Source: Macrostomum lignano
Lineage: Eukaryota
Reading direction: 5' to 3'
Assembly (NCBI GenBank): GCA_002269645.1
Contig: NIVC01000127.1
Location: 310,001 to 374,000, forward strand
DNA length: 64,000 nucleotides
The notes under the pieces are model-generated. The model was not told the DNA's origin, made no database searches, and saw only the letters and a program-made list of their open reading frames with translations. Shown in pieces: positions 1 to 13,900 of the stretch (positions within the stretch are counted from its first letter, which is position 1; each line of letters opens with the position of its first letter). The position numbers and the translations under genes are program-made.

Positions 1-2345
1 AATAAATTAGGGCCTGACCTTTTTTGAATTGCATAATGGATCCATTAATAGATAATTTGGTATATTTTTTCCACATGATTCTATATAGTGTATACCAAGT
101 ATACTATTTTGTTAAGAGTGGTCCATGCCAATTGTGCATGCCTACTTTTGGTATGCAAGGCCAATGCCACACTTTGGATCATGTAGTATATGCCCAAAAA
201 TTCGGGCATGCATTGGCCTTTCACACTAAAATTAGGCGTGCACAGTTGGCGTGCAATCACTCCTAAGAAAATAGTATGTGTACACACCTGGTATGCACTT
301 TATAGAATCATGCGTAAGAGTTATTGTGAAGTTAAAAAAGATGAAAAAAGTTATTTTTAAGCGCAAATTTCAAGCTTTCTAGTTTTTTCAAGCTTGTAAA
401 AGAGCATTTAAACAAATCTCTATGTGAATAAATTTTCTACTGTAAATATTGCCAAAGTATCGCCAAAAAAGAATAAAAAGCAACCAAATTATCTGGTAAT
501 AAGGGTCTATAATAAGGGTCTATTATGCAATTTAAAAAAGGTCTTTTATTGTCATAATGTAAAAAAAGTCATTTAATGTTGCAACACTAGTAATTTTTGA
601 GAATGGGCATGCACAACATTTTTTGGTGTGCATTTGTAATTATTAAATTTTTGTTAGGGTATGCACCTAGCATGATCCAGACTATGGGGCCAATGCACAT
701 CTAAATTTTCTGATGTATATTATGATCCAGAGTGTAGCATTAGCAGAGTGAATATTGTCAATTCTAGCATTTGGAATTTTGGATGGGATGGATAGTGTTT
801 GATCATTGATAGATTTTAAAATGTCATGAGTTACTAGAAAGATTTACTAATCTTAATTGCTAAATTGTTTGGATTATAATATTTTATTATATAGTTTTTA
901 ACTTTTTAAATTTTAAAATGTTATAAAAATAAAAGGTCAATCTATCACTAAAATAATGAAATTGATTGAATCACTAACATTGATTACCTTTTTAGTATTT
1001 ACTTTAGTCTTTTCTATTAGAACTATTATTATTAAAGTAACACTTTGTTATCCTAACCATTAATCATATTTTTGACACTTATTCTATTACTTTATCAGCT
1101 ATGGTATAAATATATACACTTTGCTATCTACTCTTTAGACATTATCATATATTTTTTTACATGAAACACTTAGCTATGTGTAACTTTGTTAGCCAATTTA
1201 TATCAATAGTCATAAGAGGCCACACTTACTACACCTAAATGCATATAACTTTTTATATATAGGATAAAAACTTAAGACATATATGTATATTACTATGCCA
1301 TAGCTTAGCTGACAATGCTATCATTGTTAAAATATGTGCTTGCTATTTTTTACTAATTGGTTATTGGCAAAATCTGCAGGTGTCTTATATTTTCACTTTA
1401 ACCCATAGTTTGGATTGTGTATTAGTGTATACTAGGTCTATTGGGGAAAAATACAGGATCTTTTTGTACACTAGGACTAAAACGTTTTTATTATGTATGC
1501 CAAAGTTGTACACCTTTGAGGCATGTGCATCCTTTAAGTTTGCTCAATTAGAAATTAATTTTTTATTCATGTAGGGTAAAAAAACTAAAAAATCATGCAC
1601 TTTTACAATGTTCATAAGAGAAGAGAAGACAATTATAAAAGAAATAATTTTTATACTTCTTATTCACTGAAAATGTAAGAAAATTAAGTTTTTTAGGGCA
1701 TGAAATTTGACTTTTTTATTATAATTATTTGTTCCTATTGACAATGTTACATGTAGCATATCTTACATAAAGTCACTTTAATTTTTTTGTAGATACTACC
1801 ATAGATGTAAGCCAACAATTTTCTACTGTGTCATGTATGCCAGAATGTATGTTGATGTATGCTGAAAAATGGCAAGTACCCTTGTACACCAAGAAATCCT
1901 GGCATATATGTTGCCTTCCAAACTGTGAACTTCAACTAGCTATATCTTCATCTAGCTATAGCTTCTTATACATCATAGTTATAAAGAAATTCTGAGAATG
2001 TTCTCAGTTCTCTGAGAAATGCACATCTTCCTATGTGCACTTTCTCTTGGATCTACTACTAGGATGGTTGGTTAGTCAAAGCATACCCTATGCCTTTTTT
2101 AACCTAAATTGTACCCCAATTCCTCTAAGTAGTGCAAAGGCATAGACCTTAGTCAACTAAATCAATTGCAGATCCAATAAACTGTCTTGAAATTATGTCT
2201 TTGAATATTTACTCATGAAATTAATTTTAGTTTTTATTGCTTAATTTAAGTAAATAAGCAATAAATACAACTATCTAGTGTTAAAACTTAACCCATTGTG
2301 CCAAGAAAAGTATCTAAATATATCAAAACCTGATTAACCGCAGCA

Positions 2346-2708
2346 ATGGCTCCGCGTCGGGAAAAGAAAAAGAGCGCCCTGAAGGACGTTGTCACCCGCG
2401 AGTACACCATCAACCTGCACAAGCGCATTCACGGCATCGGTTTCAAGCGCCGGGCGCCGCGCGCAATGACGGAGATTCGCAAATTCGCGGAGAGAATGAT
2501 GGGCACCCCGGACGTGCGGCTGGACACCAGGCTGAACAAGTTCGTGTGGAGCCAGGGCGTCCGCAACGTGCCGTTCCGCGTCCGGGTCCGCCTGGCCAGG
2601 AAGCGCAATGAGGACGAGGACAGCGCGCACAAGCTGTACACCTTGGTCACCTACGTGCCCTGCACCGAGTTCAAGGGCAAGCAGACCATCAATGTGGAAG
2701 GAGAATAG
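2346..2708 (+). CDS. RPL31: 60S ribosomal protein L31 (eL31), single coding exon, 120 aa
   Basis: Translation [40 protein letters not shown]...[21 protein letters not shown] matches eL31 over its full length. GC3-rich codons. Acceptor-like ccgcag lies 2 nt before the ATG. Confidence 0.97.
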   Translation: MAPRREKKKSALKDVVTREYTINLHKRIHGIGFKRRAPRAMTEIRKFAERMMGTPDVRLDTRLNKFVWSQGVRNVPFRVRVRLARKRNEDEDSAHKLYTLVTYVPCTEFKGKQTINVEGE

Positions 2709-2952
2709 TCGGCTAAATTAGAATCTGTCACCTGGTTCAACTGACGCTTCGCGTGATTTTAGTTGCTAAGCAGTTTCATTAGTGACCCTTATCGTTAATA
2801 CACTGCCGGACCTGTGTTGCGGATTGTTAAAGTCCGAATTGGATTGAAATTATTGTACGGCTTTGACCTCATTTATTTCCTATGCGACTAATTCTTTTTG
2901 TTGATAGTTAGCGATTAACTGATGCAGCAGTTTGTTGAGACTCCGCTATTTT

Positions 2953-3900
2953 ATCCCAATCACCCTCTCCCGTTGCCCATTTATCCCCATCACTGCCTCC
3001 CGTTGCCCATTTATCCCCATCACTGCCTCCCGTTGCCCATTTATCCCCATCACTGTCTCCCGTTGCCCATTTATCCCCATCACTGTCTCCCGTTGCCCAT
3101 TTATCCCCATCACAGCCTCCCGTTGCCCATTTATCCCCATCACTGCCTCCCGTTGCCCATTTATCCCCATCACTGTCTCCCGTTGCCCATTTATCCCCAT
3201 CACAGCCTCCCGTTGCCCATTTATCCCCATCACTGTCTCCCGTTGCCCATTTATCCCCATCACAGCCTCCCGTTGCCCATTTATCCCCATCACTGCCTCC
3301 CGTTGCCCATTTATCCCCATCACTGTCTCCCGTTGCCCATTTATCCCGATCACAGCCTCCTTTGATTATGTATCCCCATCACAGCCTCCCTTTGACGATT
3401 TATCACCATCACTGCCTCCCGTGGCCCATTTATCCCCATTGTCTCCATAGTCCCATTTATCCCTATCACAGCCTCCTTTGCCATTCTGCCATATCCCATT
3501 GCATTTTGCCACGTCTCATTACTGCCTCCCTATTCCCGTTTATCCCCATCTCAGCCTCCCTAATCCCGTTTATCCCCATCTCAGCTATCCACTCCGTTTA
3601 TCCCCATCTCAGCCTCCCTAATCCCGTTTATCCCCATCTCAGCCCCTTACTCCCGTTTATCCCCATCTCAGCCCCTTACTCCCGTTTATCCCCATCTCAG
3701 CCTCCCTAATCCCGTTTATCCCCATCTCAGCCTCCCTACTCCCGTTTATCCCCATCGCAGCCTCCCTACTCCCGTTTATCCCCATCTCAGCCTCCCTACT
3801 CCCGTTTATCCCCATCTCAGCCTCCCTACTCCCGTTTATCCCCATCTTAGCCTCCCTACTCCCGTTTATCCCCATCTCAGCCCCTTACTCCCGTTTATCC
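2953..3900. repeat. Two related adjacent minisatellites (30-bp cccgttgcccatttatccccatcactgcct; 29-bp cccgtttatccccatctcagcctccctact) between RPL31 and RPS21
   Basis: Tandem units directly visible. Confidence 0.95.
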
Positions 3901-3915
3901 CGAGTCTCCCACGCC

Positions 3916-3945
3916 CCGGAAGTCAGCCGCACCAAATATGGCCCG
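3916..3945 (+). promoter_or_regulatory. ETS (CCGGAAGT) and YY1-like (AATATGGC) motifs upstream of the RPS21-like gene
   Basis: Both motifs are typical of animal ribosomal-protein promoters; motif match only. Confidence 0.35.
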
Positions 3946-4255
3946 GGATTTCCTCTCACCTTTGCAGCCGCAATCGTTCAAGCAGCCCATAGCAACAATG
4001 GAGCACTCATTTATCCCACGCAAATGCGACGCGACCCAGCGCATCATCGGGCCGAAGGACCACGCCTCCATCCAGCTGGCCTTCGCCGAGTTGAACGCTG
4101 ACGGCCGCATGACCGGCGGCAAGAAGGTGTTCAACATCAGCGGCGACGTGCGGCGACGCGGCGAGAGCGACATGTCTCTGAATGTGCTGACTAGCGAGCG
4201 AGGCATCACCGCCCCGTTCCTGCTCAAGCTGGACGAGACCAACCGCACGGCCTGA
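3938..4255 (+). CDS. RPS21: 40S ribosomal protein S21 (eS21)-like, divergent; true start uncertain (ATG 3938 or ATG 3998)
   Basis: FIPRKCDATQRIIGPKDHASIQ...GRMTG...GDVRRRGESD matches the eS21 motifs PRKC..NRII.AKDHASIQ and R.MGESD. AATAAA at 4350-4355. Confidence 0.88.
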   Translation: MARDFLSPLQPQSFKQPIATMEHSFIPRKCDATQRIIGPKDHASIQLAFAELNADGRMTGGKKVFNISGDVRRRGESDMSLNVLTSERGITAPFLLKLDETNRTA

Positions 4256-4499
4256 GCATTGTGGCTGATGAACTCAAGACTGACAGACTTCTGTCATTGT
4301 CTAACGAGATGCTTTAGTAGTTTAACAACTTGAATGCGTTTGGTGTGAAAATAAAAGCACTGAAGGGTTTCTCAATGCGCTGATTCTTTGTGCGGATTAC
4401 CGTGGATTAATGACGGTGTCTGAGTCTTGATTGCTTTTTCTAATTAGATTCTAGATTTAGGATTTTATAAAATTAGATTTTTCTCATTTGGTTTTACAA

Positions 4500-4812
4500 T
4501 CCCCAAATTTTCAAAATCTCAAGCTGCTGGATTTTTTAATCCCTAAATTTCCCAAATCCCATTCTTTTAAATCCATAAATTTTCCAAATTATCCATCCTT
4601 TTAAACCCTTAAAATTCCTCACACCCCATCCTTTTAAGTCGCTAAAATTCCCAAATTTCCCAAATTCCTATTCTTTTAAATCCCAAATTTCCCAAATCTC
4701 TATCCTTTTAAATCCCAAATTTCCCAAATCTCTATCCTTTTAAATCCCAAATTTCCCAAATCTCTATCCTTTTAAATCCCGAATTTCCCAAATCTCTATC
4801 CCCTTCAATTCC
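4500..4812. repeat. Degenerate about 32-bp tandem (cccaaatttcccaaatctctatccttttaaat)
   Basis: Tandem units visible between RPS21 and NACA. Confidence 0.85.
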
Positions 4813-5103
4813 AAAGGGCCTGTCAACTTAAGCTCATAAAGTGGAGCCCGAGTAACCTATGTACACAAATAATATGTCATTCGGCTCATAGTGACACCAG
4901 GAAGCTGATTTTTGGCAAAAGAGCAACAAAAATCAGACCGGGGATATGGGAGAACAAGCAAGAGGATAAGAAGGCAGACTTTTCGGCCCACTTTTCTTTT
5001 CCTATCGCATAACAATCCAGCGAAATTCGATAGTTGCTTACTGAAATCTGAGGTCAGTAGGATTGCTTGAACATGACAAGCTAAAATTACGCTCAGCAAA
5101 TAA

Positions 5104-6847
<1,744 letters not shown>

Positions 6848-7468
6848 GCCGGTGTGAACAGACTGCTAGTGAAAGGTGAGCTGATTCGAATAACAGAGAG
6901 AGAGAGAGTTCACACAACTTGAACAAACAGCTGGTGGCGGCTCGCGTCTGTGTCCTATGCGTTGTTAGTTTGTAAGCCTATTTTTTATTAATTTCTGCTT
7001 TTCCCCTACGAAATTTGTCCTACGTTATATTCAGTCTAATTGTAGCGAGGCAGAAGAGACCCCAGTCTGTTGCTGAACAATATCTGATAGATTAGGCTAG
7101 CATGAGGGCTTTGTATTCGATGAGTGTTTCAAATACACGCGATTGAGCTTGCAAGCCAACTAATCATATTAATAAGTGTTGGAATTAAAAACCTTTTGTG
7201 ACGCTTGAAATGATCGCTAATGTGACTTTTCTCTTCTTATTGTTTGCTATTTATTTCGTTAAAACTCCTGTCGCACTACTCATTGAAAGTAGAATTAATC
7301 GTATTTTTTAAAGCGGCTATAGAAAACGAAAAAGTAGTTTATTTGTGTAGTGAAAAAATGCGCTTGTTCTACTTTTCTAAGTAGCAAAATCATTTAAGTG
7401 CAACTTTTATTACTGAAATTTGTAAAAAAACACTAAAATAAAGCGCCTTTATTAGGAACGTGGAACCT

Positions 7469-7545
7469 GCACAGAGAGTGTACATGCCTGACGATTAGAA
7501 AGTCTGGGCTGCTGTACACCCTGTGTGAGCGTGCGTATTGACTTG
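7469..7545 (+). mobile_element. SINE core fragment
   Basis: agtgtacatgcctgacgatt..gggctgctgtacaccctgtgtgag matches the SINE body. Confidence 0.65.
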
Positions 7546-7936
7546 CCGTCAAAGCTTTCAGGCTCTCGCGCAATTATTACATGAAATTGCGGCAAGCAAA
7601 TGCGCAGAAACAGGGGATCGAATCAATCAAGCGTGTCTTGATCTGATTAGCCAGAGCAATTCGCATTGCCTGGCTTGCATTGATTGAGTGCCAGTGCGAA
7701 ATTGCCAGAAACACCCTGCAGCTTTCAGCCCCGCGCGAATTTGCTTATGAATCTTATCTGATATCTGCAGTAGAGCATTGCAGTTTACTGCCGATTTTAG
7801 AAAACAATCGTAGCGTGTTAACAGACCGGTGGGCGTGTCCGCTACAGAAGGAAGCGTGCTAAAATATTGGTTTTAACTTAATTTCGGGTATTGAAAGTAA
7901 AATTTCGCTAAAAAATTACTTCTATAGTGCCAGAAT

Positions 7937-10900
7937 CTATACATAGTGCTCTGTTGAATCTGTCAGTACAGTCGCTGCGCGTAATTCAGCTTGCTGCTGC
8001 TGCTGCTGTACAGATGTACGCGGCTTTGGCAACGGTTTCGGTGACGTCACACCGAGCAGCTCGGAAGCTGATAGGCGTAGAATTATTGTCGGCGGCCCGT
8101 GAAGCTTCCGGGGTGGAAGCGGAGGGCGGAATGTTGGCTGCGGTGGTTGGGGCTGCTGCTGGTTAGGAAGAGTTTGCAGCCTGTGTGATTTTTGGGGGGA
8201 GGGTCGCATGATTAACTGCTACATGCATCTGCGCGATGTAATGACACTGGTCCCTGTATGTAAATGTGCAGGTGCTGTATCTCCAACTGGCACTGATCTA
8301 TCTCTGAAACTGGCACTGATCTATCTCTAACTGGCACTGATCTATCTCTGAAACTGGCACTGATCTATCTTTAACTGGCACTGATCTATCTCTAACTGGC
8401 ACTGATCTATCTCTGAAACTGGCACTGATCTATCTCTGAAACTGGCACTGATCTATCTCTGAAACTGGCACTGATCTATCTCTGAAACTGGCACTGATCT
8501 ATCTCTAACTGGCACTGATCTCTCTAACTGGCACTGATCTATCTCTAACTGGCACTAATCTATCTCTAACTGGCACTGATCTCTCTAACTGGCACTGATC
8601 TATCTCTTACTGGCACTGATATATCCCAACTGGCACTGATCTATCTCTGAAACTGGCACTGATCTATCTTTAACTGGCACTGATTTATCTCTAACTGGCA
8701 CTGATCTATCTCTGAAACTGGCACTGATCTATCTTTAACTGGCACTGATCTATCTCTAACTGGCACTGATCTATCTCTGAAACTGGCACTGATCTATCTT
8801 TAACTGGCACTGATCTATCTTTAACTGGCACTGATCTATCTCTGAAACTGGCACTGGTCTATCTCTGAAACTGGCACTGATCTATCTCTAACTGGCACTG
8901 ATCTCTCTAACTGGCACTGATCTATCTCTAACTGGCACTGATCTATCTCTAACTGGCACTGATCTCTCTAACTTGCACTGATCTATCTCTAACTGGCACT
9001 GATCTATCTCTAACTGGCACTGATCTCTCTAACTTGCACTGATCTATCTCTTACTGGCACTGATATATCCCAACTGGCACTGATCTATCTCTGAAACTGG
9101 CACTGATCTATCTTTAACTGGCACTGATCTATCTTTAACTGGCACTGATCTATCTTTGAAACTGGCACTGGTCTATCTTTAACTGGCACTGATCTATCTT
9201 TAACTGGCACTGATCTATCTCTGAAACTGGCACTGATCTATCTTTAACTGGCACTGATCTATCTTTAACTGGCACTGATCTATCTCTGAAACTGGCACTG
9301 GTCTATCTCTGAAACTGGCACTGATCTATCTCTAACTGGCACTGATCTATCTCTGAAACTGGCACTGCTGATCTATCTCTGAAACTGGCACTGATCTATC
9401 TCTGAAACTGGCACTGATCTATCTCTGAAACTGGCACTGATCTATCTCTGAAACTGGCACTGATCTATCTCTGAAACTGGCACTGATCTATCTCTGAAAC
9501 TGGCACTGATCTATCTCTGAAACTGGCACTGATCTATCTCTGAAACTGGCACTGATGTATCTCCACATCCGTGACGCACCGCCCGCAACTCGACTGCTGA
9601 TCGTCCTCATCCAGCGACTCCACCGACGCTTGCCTACTCGCGCCAACTTTAGTGGACATTGTGGAGTTGGTGGCGGCGCCGCGGTCAGCAGCCGAGGAGG
9701 CCGACGTCGCCGTTGCAGCCGAGCTGCTGCTGACGAGCCGCAGCAGCGCCGGAGCCGGCTGGCTGCAGCAGCTGACGCCGCTACCGCAGGCCCTGCGAGC
9801 CGCAGCTGCCACGAAAAAGGCGACGCCGCCGACCAGCAGGACGGCGACTGAGGCGCCGAGCCCGCCACCGACTGCCGTCGCCGAGGCGGGGATGGCGTTC
9901 GCAGAGGTTGCAGACTCTGGGCGCACCGGGGACGTCTCGTACACTTGGACATCGCCGTCCATGACCACGATGGAGACGGAAAGGCTGCTGATTGCAGCTG
10001 CGGCAGCTTCCGGCAGCAGAATACTGGCTCTTCCGGAGACAATCTGAAGCAAAATGGCTGCGAATGAAGTACCTGGTTGTCCTCGAGGCAGTGCCGAACG
10101 AGATAGCACTGTAGATAACAGTGAGGTCTGTAGATAGCACAGTAGATAACAGGAGGTCTATAGATAGCTCTGTAGATAACAGTAAGGTCTGTAGATAGCA
10201 CAGTAGATAACAGAGAGGTCTGTAGATAGCTCTGTAGATAACAGTGAGGTCTGTAGATAACAGTGAGGTCTGTAGATAGCACTGTAGATAACAGTGAGGT
10301 CTGTAGATAGCACTGTAGATAACAGTGAGGTCTGTAGATAGCTCTGTAGATAACAGTGAGGTCTGTAGATAACAGTGAGGTCTGTAGATAGCACTGTAGA
10401 TAACAGTGAGGTCTGTAGATAGCACTGTAGATAACAGTGAGGCCTGTAGATAACAGTGAGATATGTAAATAGCACAGTAGATAACAGAGAGGTCTGTAGA
10501 TAGCTCTGTAGATAACAGTGAGGTCTGTAGATAACAGTGAGGTCTGTAGATAACAGTGAGGTCTGTAGATAGCACTGTAGATAACAGTGAGGTCTGTAGA
10601 TAGCACTGTAGATAACAGTGAGGTCTGTAGATAGCTCTGTAGATAACAGTGAGGTCTGTAGATAACAGTGAGGTCTGTAGATAGCACTGTAGATAACAGT
10701 GAGGTCTGTAGATAACAGTGAGGTCTGTAGATAACAGTGAGATATGTAGATAGCACAGTAGATAGCAGTGAGGTCTGTAGATAATAGTGAGGTCTGTAGA
10801 TAGCACTGTAGATAACAGTGAGGTCTGTAGATAACAGTGAGGTCTGTAGATAACAGTGAGATATGTAGATAGCACAGTAGATAGCAGTGAGGTCTGTAGA

Positions 10901-13900
10901 TAACTCTGTAGATAACAGTGAGGCCTGTAGATAGCTCTGTAGATAACAGTGAGGTCTGTAGATAGCACTGTAGATAACAGTGAGGTCTGTAGATAGCTCT
11001 GTAGATAACAGTGAGGTCTGTAGATAGCTCTGTAGATAACAGTGAGGTCTGTAGATAGCTCTGTAGATAACAGTGAGGTCTGTAGATAGCTCTGTAGATA
11101 ACAGTGAGGTCTGTAGATAACAGTGAGGTCTGTAGATAACAGTGAGGTCTGTAGATGACAGTATCCTATAGACAGGCACCTCAGAGTTTAGCAGCTGCCG
11201 CAGGAAGCACGAGGATGCACCGCTGCCGCCGCCGCAGACGCGCGCCTCCAATCGGGTGAAGGCGTCCGAGGCGGGCGGCCGGAATTCCAGCCTCAGGGCG
11301 TCTGCGGCGGATCCGGCGGTCAGCGCCGCAGCCGCGACCGCCACCGACCAGTCCGGGACGGCGGGCAGCCGGCGGGTCACCAGCGGTTCGGCGGCCGACG
11401 CGAACTCGCTGGTCCCGAGCTCGTTCTCCGCTCGCATCCGCAGCTCGTAGGCGGTGTCGGACAGGAGGCCGGACAGGCGAGTCCAGCCGAGCCGGCCGGA
11501 TTCGTGTCCGGGATCGGGCAGGCCGGTCACCTCCGTCCAGTTGGCCGAGTTCAGCGGGCGCCACTGCAGCCGGAAGATCTGGGCGGCGCCCCGGCAGCGG
11601 CCGGGCAGCCAGGCGACCCAGCCGGACACGGCGGTGGCGTTGCCCGGCCACGGACCTCCAGCCGGCGCTTCTGGCGGCCCCGGCGGCGCCAGAGTCAGCG
11701 GCGCAAACACAGCAGCGCCGGCAACGTTGGACACCGTGGCGGAGTAGTCGGCGTAGTCGTTGGGCGTCAGGGAGGAGAACAGCAGCGAGTAGGTGAGGTT
11801 CCGCGGCCTGTCGAGCACCGTCAGGCGGTTGCGGTCGATAGGCGCGCAGCTGCCGCCGCCGGAGCGCGCAAGGCGGCACCAGACGGCGCCAGTCGGAGCC
11901 GGACTGGCTGCGGCCAACGTCAGCACCAGAGCGGCCGGCTGCCCGACCGCCGTCCAAGAGGTCGTTCGACTGGCTGACTCGAGCAGCCGCGGCGGCGACA
12001 GCGGCGTCAGTGGCACCGCGTCGGAGGCTTCCCCGAAACGGCGGCCGCTGCCCCGGCTGGCGGCCCGGCATCGATAGCGACCGGCCGTCGTCGACGTCAG
12101 CGAGTGCACCGTCAGGATGGTGCCGGTGGCGACCATCGACCAGTTCGACCCAGCGCCGCCGGCTCGCTGCCATTCGAATTCGACTTCGTCGTCTTCGGCG
12201 GCGCTGGCGGCGTTGGGGTTCCCGCCGAAGGCCCGGCAGGCAAGCAGCACGCGAGCTCCTGGCGGGCAGCAGCCGCCGATGCCGCCGCCACCGACGCCGC
12301 CGCCTGCGGACCACTCGGCGACCGATGCGGCGGCGGATGGCGGGTACAGCACGGCGAGAGTCCGGCTTCGCTGCAGGGCCGGCAGCGGCCGTCCGGAATG
12401 GCCGATCGAGCACGTGACGTTGGCCGAGTTCAGCGACCGGCCAAGGCTATCAAGGCGGAGGCGGCTGGCCGAGCTGAGGCCGCCGAACAGACCCGGCTCC
12501 GTCCAGCTGGTGGCCGCCGACAGGCCGGAAGCTGCATCGGGGAGAGTCCAGCTGATGGAGGCGGCCGGGTTGGCCGAGTCTGCCCGGCACAGCAGCTCCA
12601 GCGACTCGCCCTCGAAAGCCGCGGCAGACGAGACCGTCAGGGAGCTGTCCGAGGGCGGGAACTGCACCTGAATGGGTTGGCAGGCGCCGGACTTGATCTA
12701 CAGCTGATCTACAGCTGATCTACAGCTGATCTACAGCTGATCTGCAGCTGATCTACAGCTGATCTACAGCTGATCTACAGCTGATCTACAGCTGATCTAC
12801 AGCTGATCTGCAGCTGATCTGCAGCTGATCTACAGCTGATCTACAGCTGATCTACAGCTGATCTACAGCTGATCTACAGCTGATCTACAGCTGATCTGCA
12901 GCTGATCTGCAGCTGATCTACAGCTGATCTGCAGCTGATCTGCAGCTGATCTACAGCTGATCTACAGCTGATCTGCAGCTGATCTACAGCTGATCTGCAG
13001 CTGATCTACAGCTGATCTACAACTGATCTGCAGCTGATCAACACCTGATTGACCCTCATCAACAGCACAGCGAATGCCTCACCCTGAGACTGGCGATTCT
13101 CCTGTCAATCTCGGTGCCGAGGTACCTCAGGCTGCACCCCACCGTCCGGCCGTTCATCTCCTGCCTCAGCCGCAGCCGCAGGCGGGACCAGGCCGCCCGG
13201 CCCACCTCCGACGGAGTGGCCACCACTGTCTGGCCGTCGGTCACCTCGGCAGCCGCTGAATCCCAGGTGGCGGGCGCGGGCAGCCAGTCGATGGCGCTGT
13301 CCGGGCTGCTGGGCGCCGATGCCGCGCAGAACACCTCGCCGACGGTGCCAGCCGGCCCGGCGACCGAGGCCGCCGACTCCGAGGAGTTCAGCGTCATGCG
13401 GAGGCCTCCGCCGGTTGGCGGGAAGGGAACCGTCAGCTGCTCCTGCTGGCTGAGCACCGCAGGCAGCGGCGGGCCGGGCGAGGGCGTGTCGGCCTGGCAG
13501 ACGACCGCGGCCAGGTTGTCCGCGGGTGACAGCCGCAGCAACGCGCCCGGCCGCAGCTCCGAGACGTTGGCCTGCCGCGTGTTGAATTGATCTTAAATCC
13601 CCAATCCCGGAATTCAAATCGCAATATCCAGAAAGCCGGATTTTAAATCCTTGAAACTCTGGAACTCTAAATCCCAATCCCGAATCCCAATCCCGAATCC
13701 CAATCCCGAATCCCAGTCCCGAATCCCAGTTCCGAATCCCAGTTCCGAATCCCAGTTCCGAATGCCAGTTCCGAATCCCAATCCCAAATCCCAATCCCGA
13801 ATCCCAATCCCAAATCCCAGTTCCGAATCCCAATCCCAAATCCCAGTTCCGAATCCCAATCCCAAATCCCAGTTCCGAATCCCAATCGCGAAATCTCAAA

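Noticed and set aside
2346-4255. RPL31 and RPS21 as processed pseudogenes
   Set aside because: Intact ORFs with host-like GC3, no poly-A remnants or TSDs, and RPS21 has a normal AATAAA.
4261-4320. Hammerhead ribozyme core (CTGATGA)
   Set aside because: No downstream stem II-GAAA or cleavage triplet arrangement.
9488-12667. 1059-aa continuous ORF
   Set aside because: Real exon 12667-11180 reading through a repeat intron. The spliced model restores the TM domain, which is in another frame.
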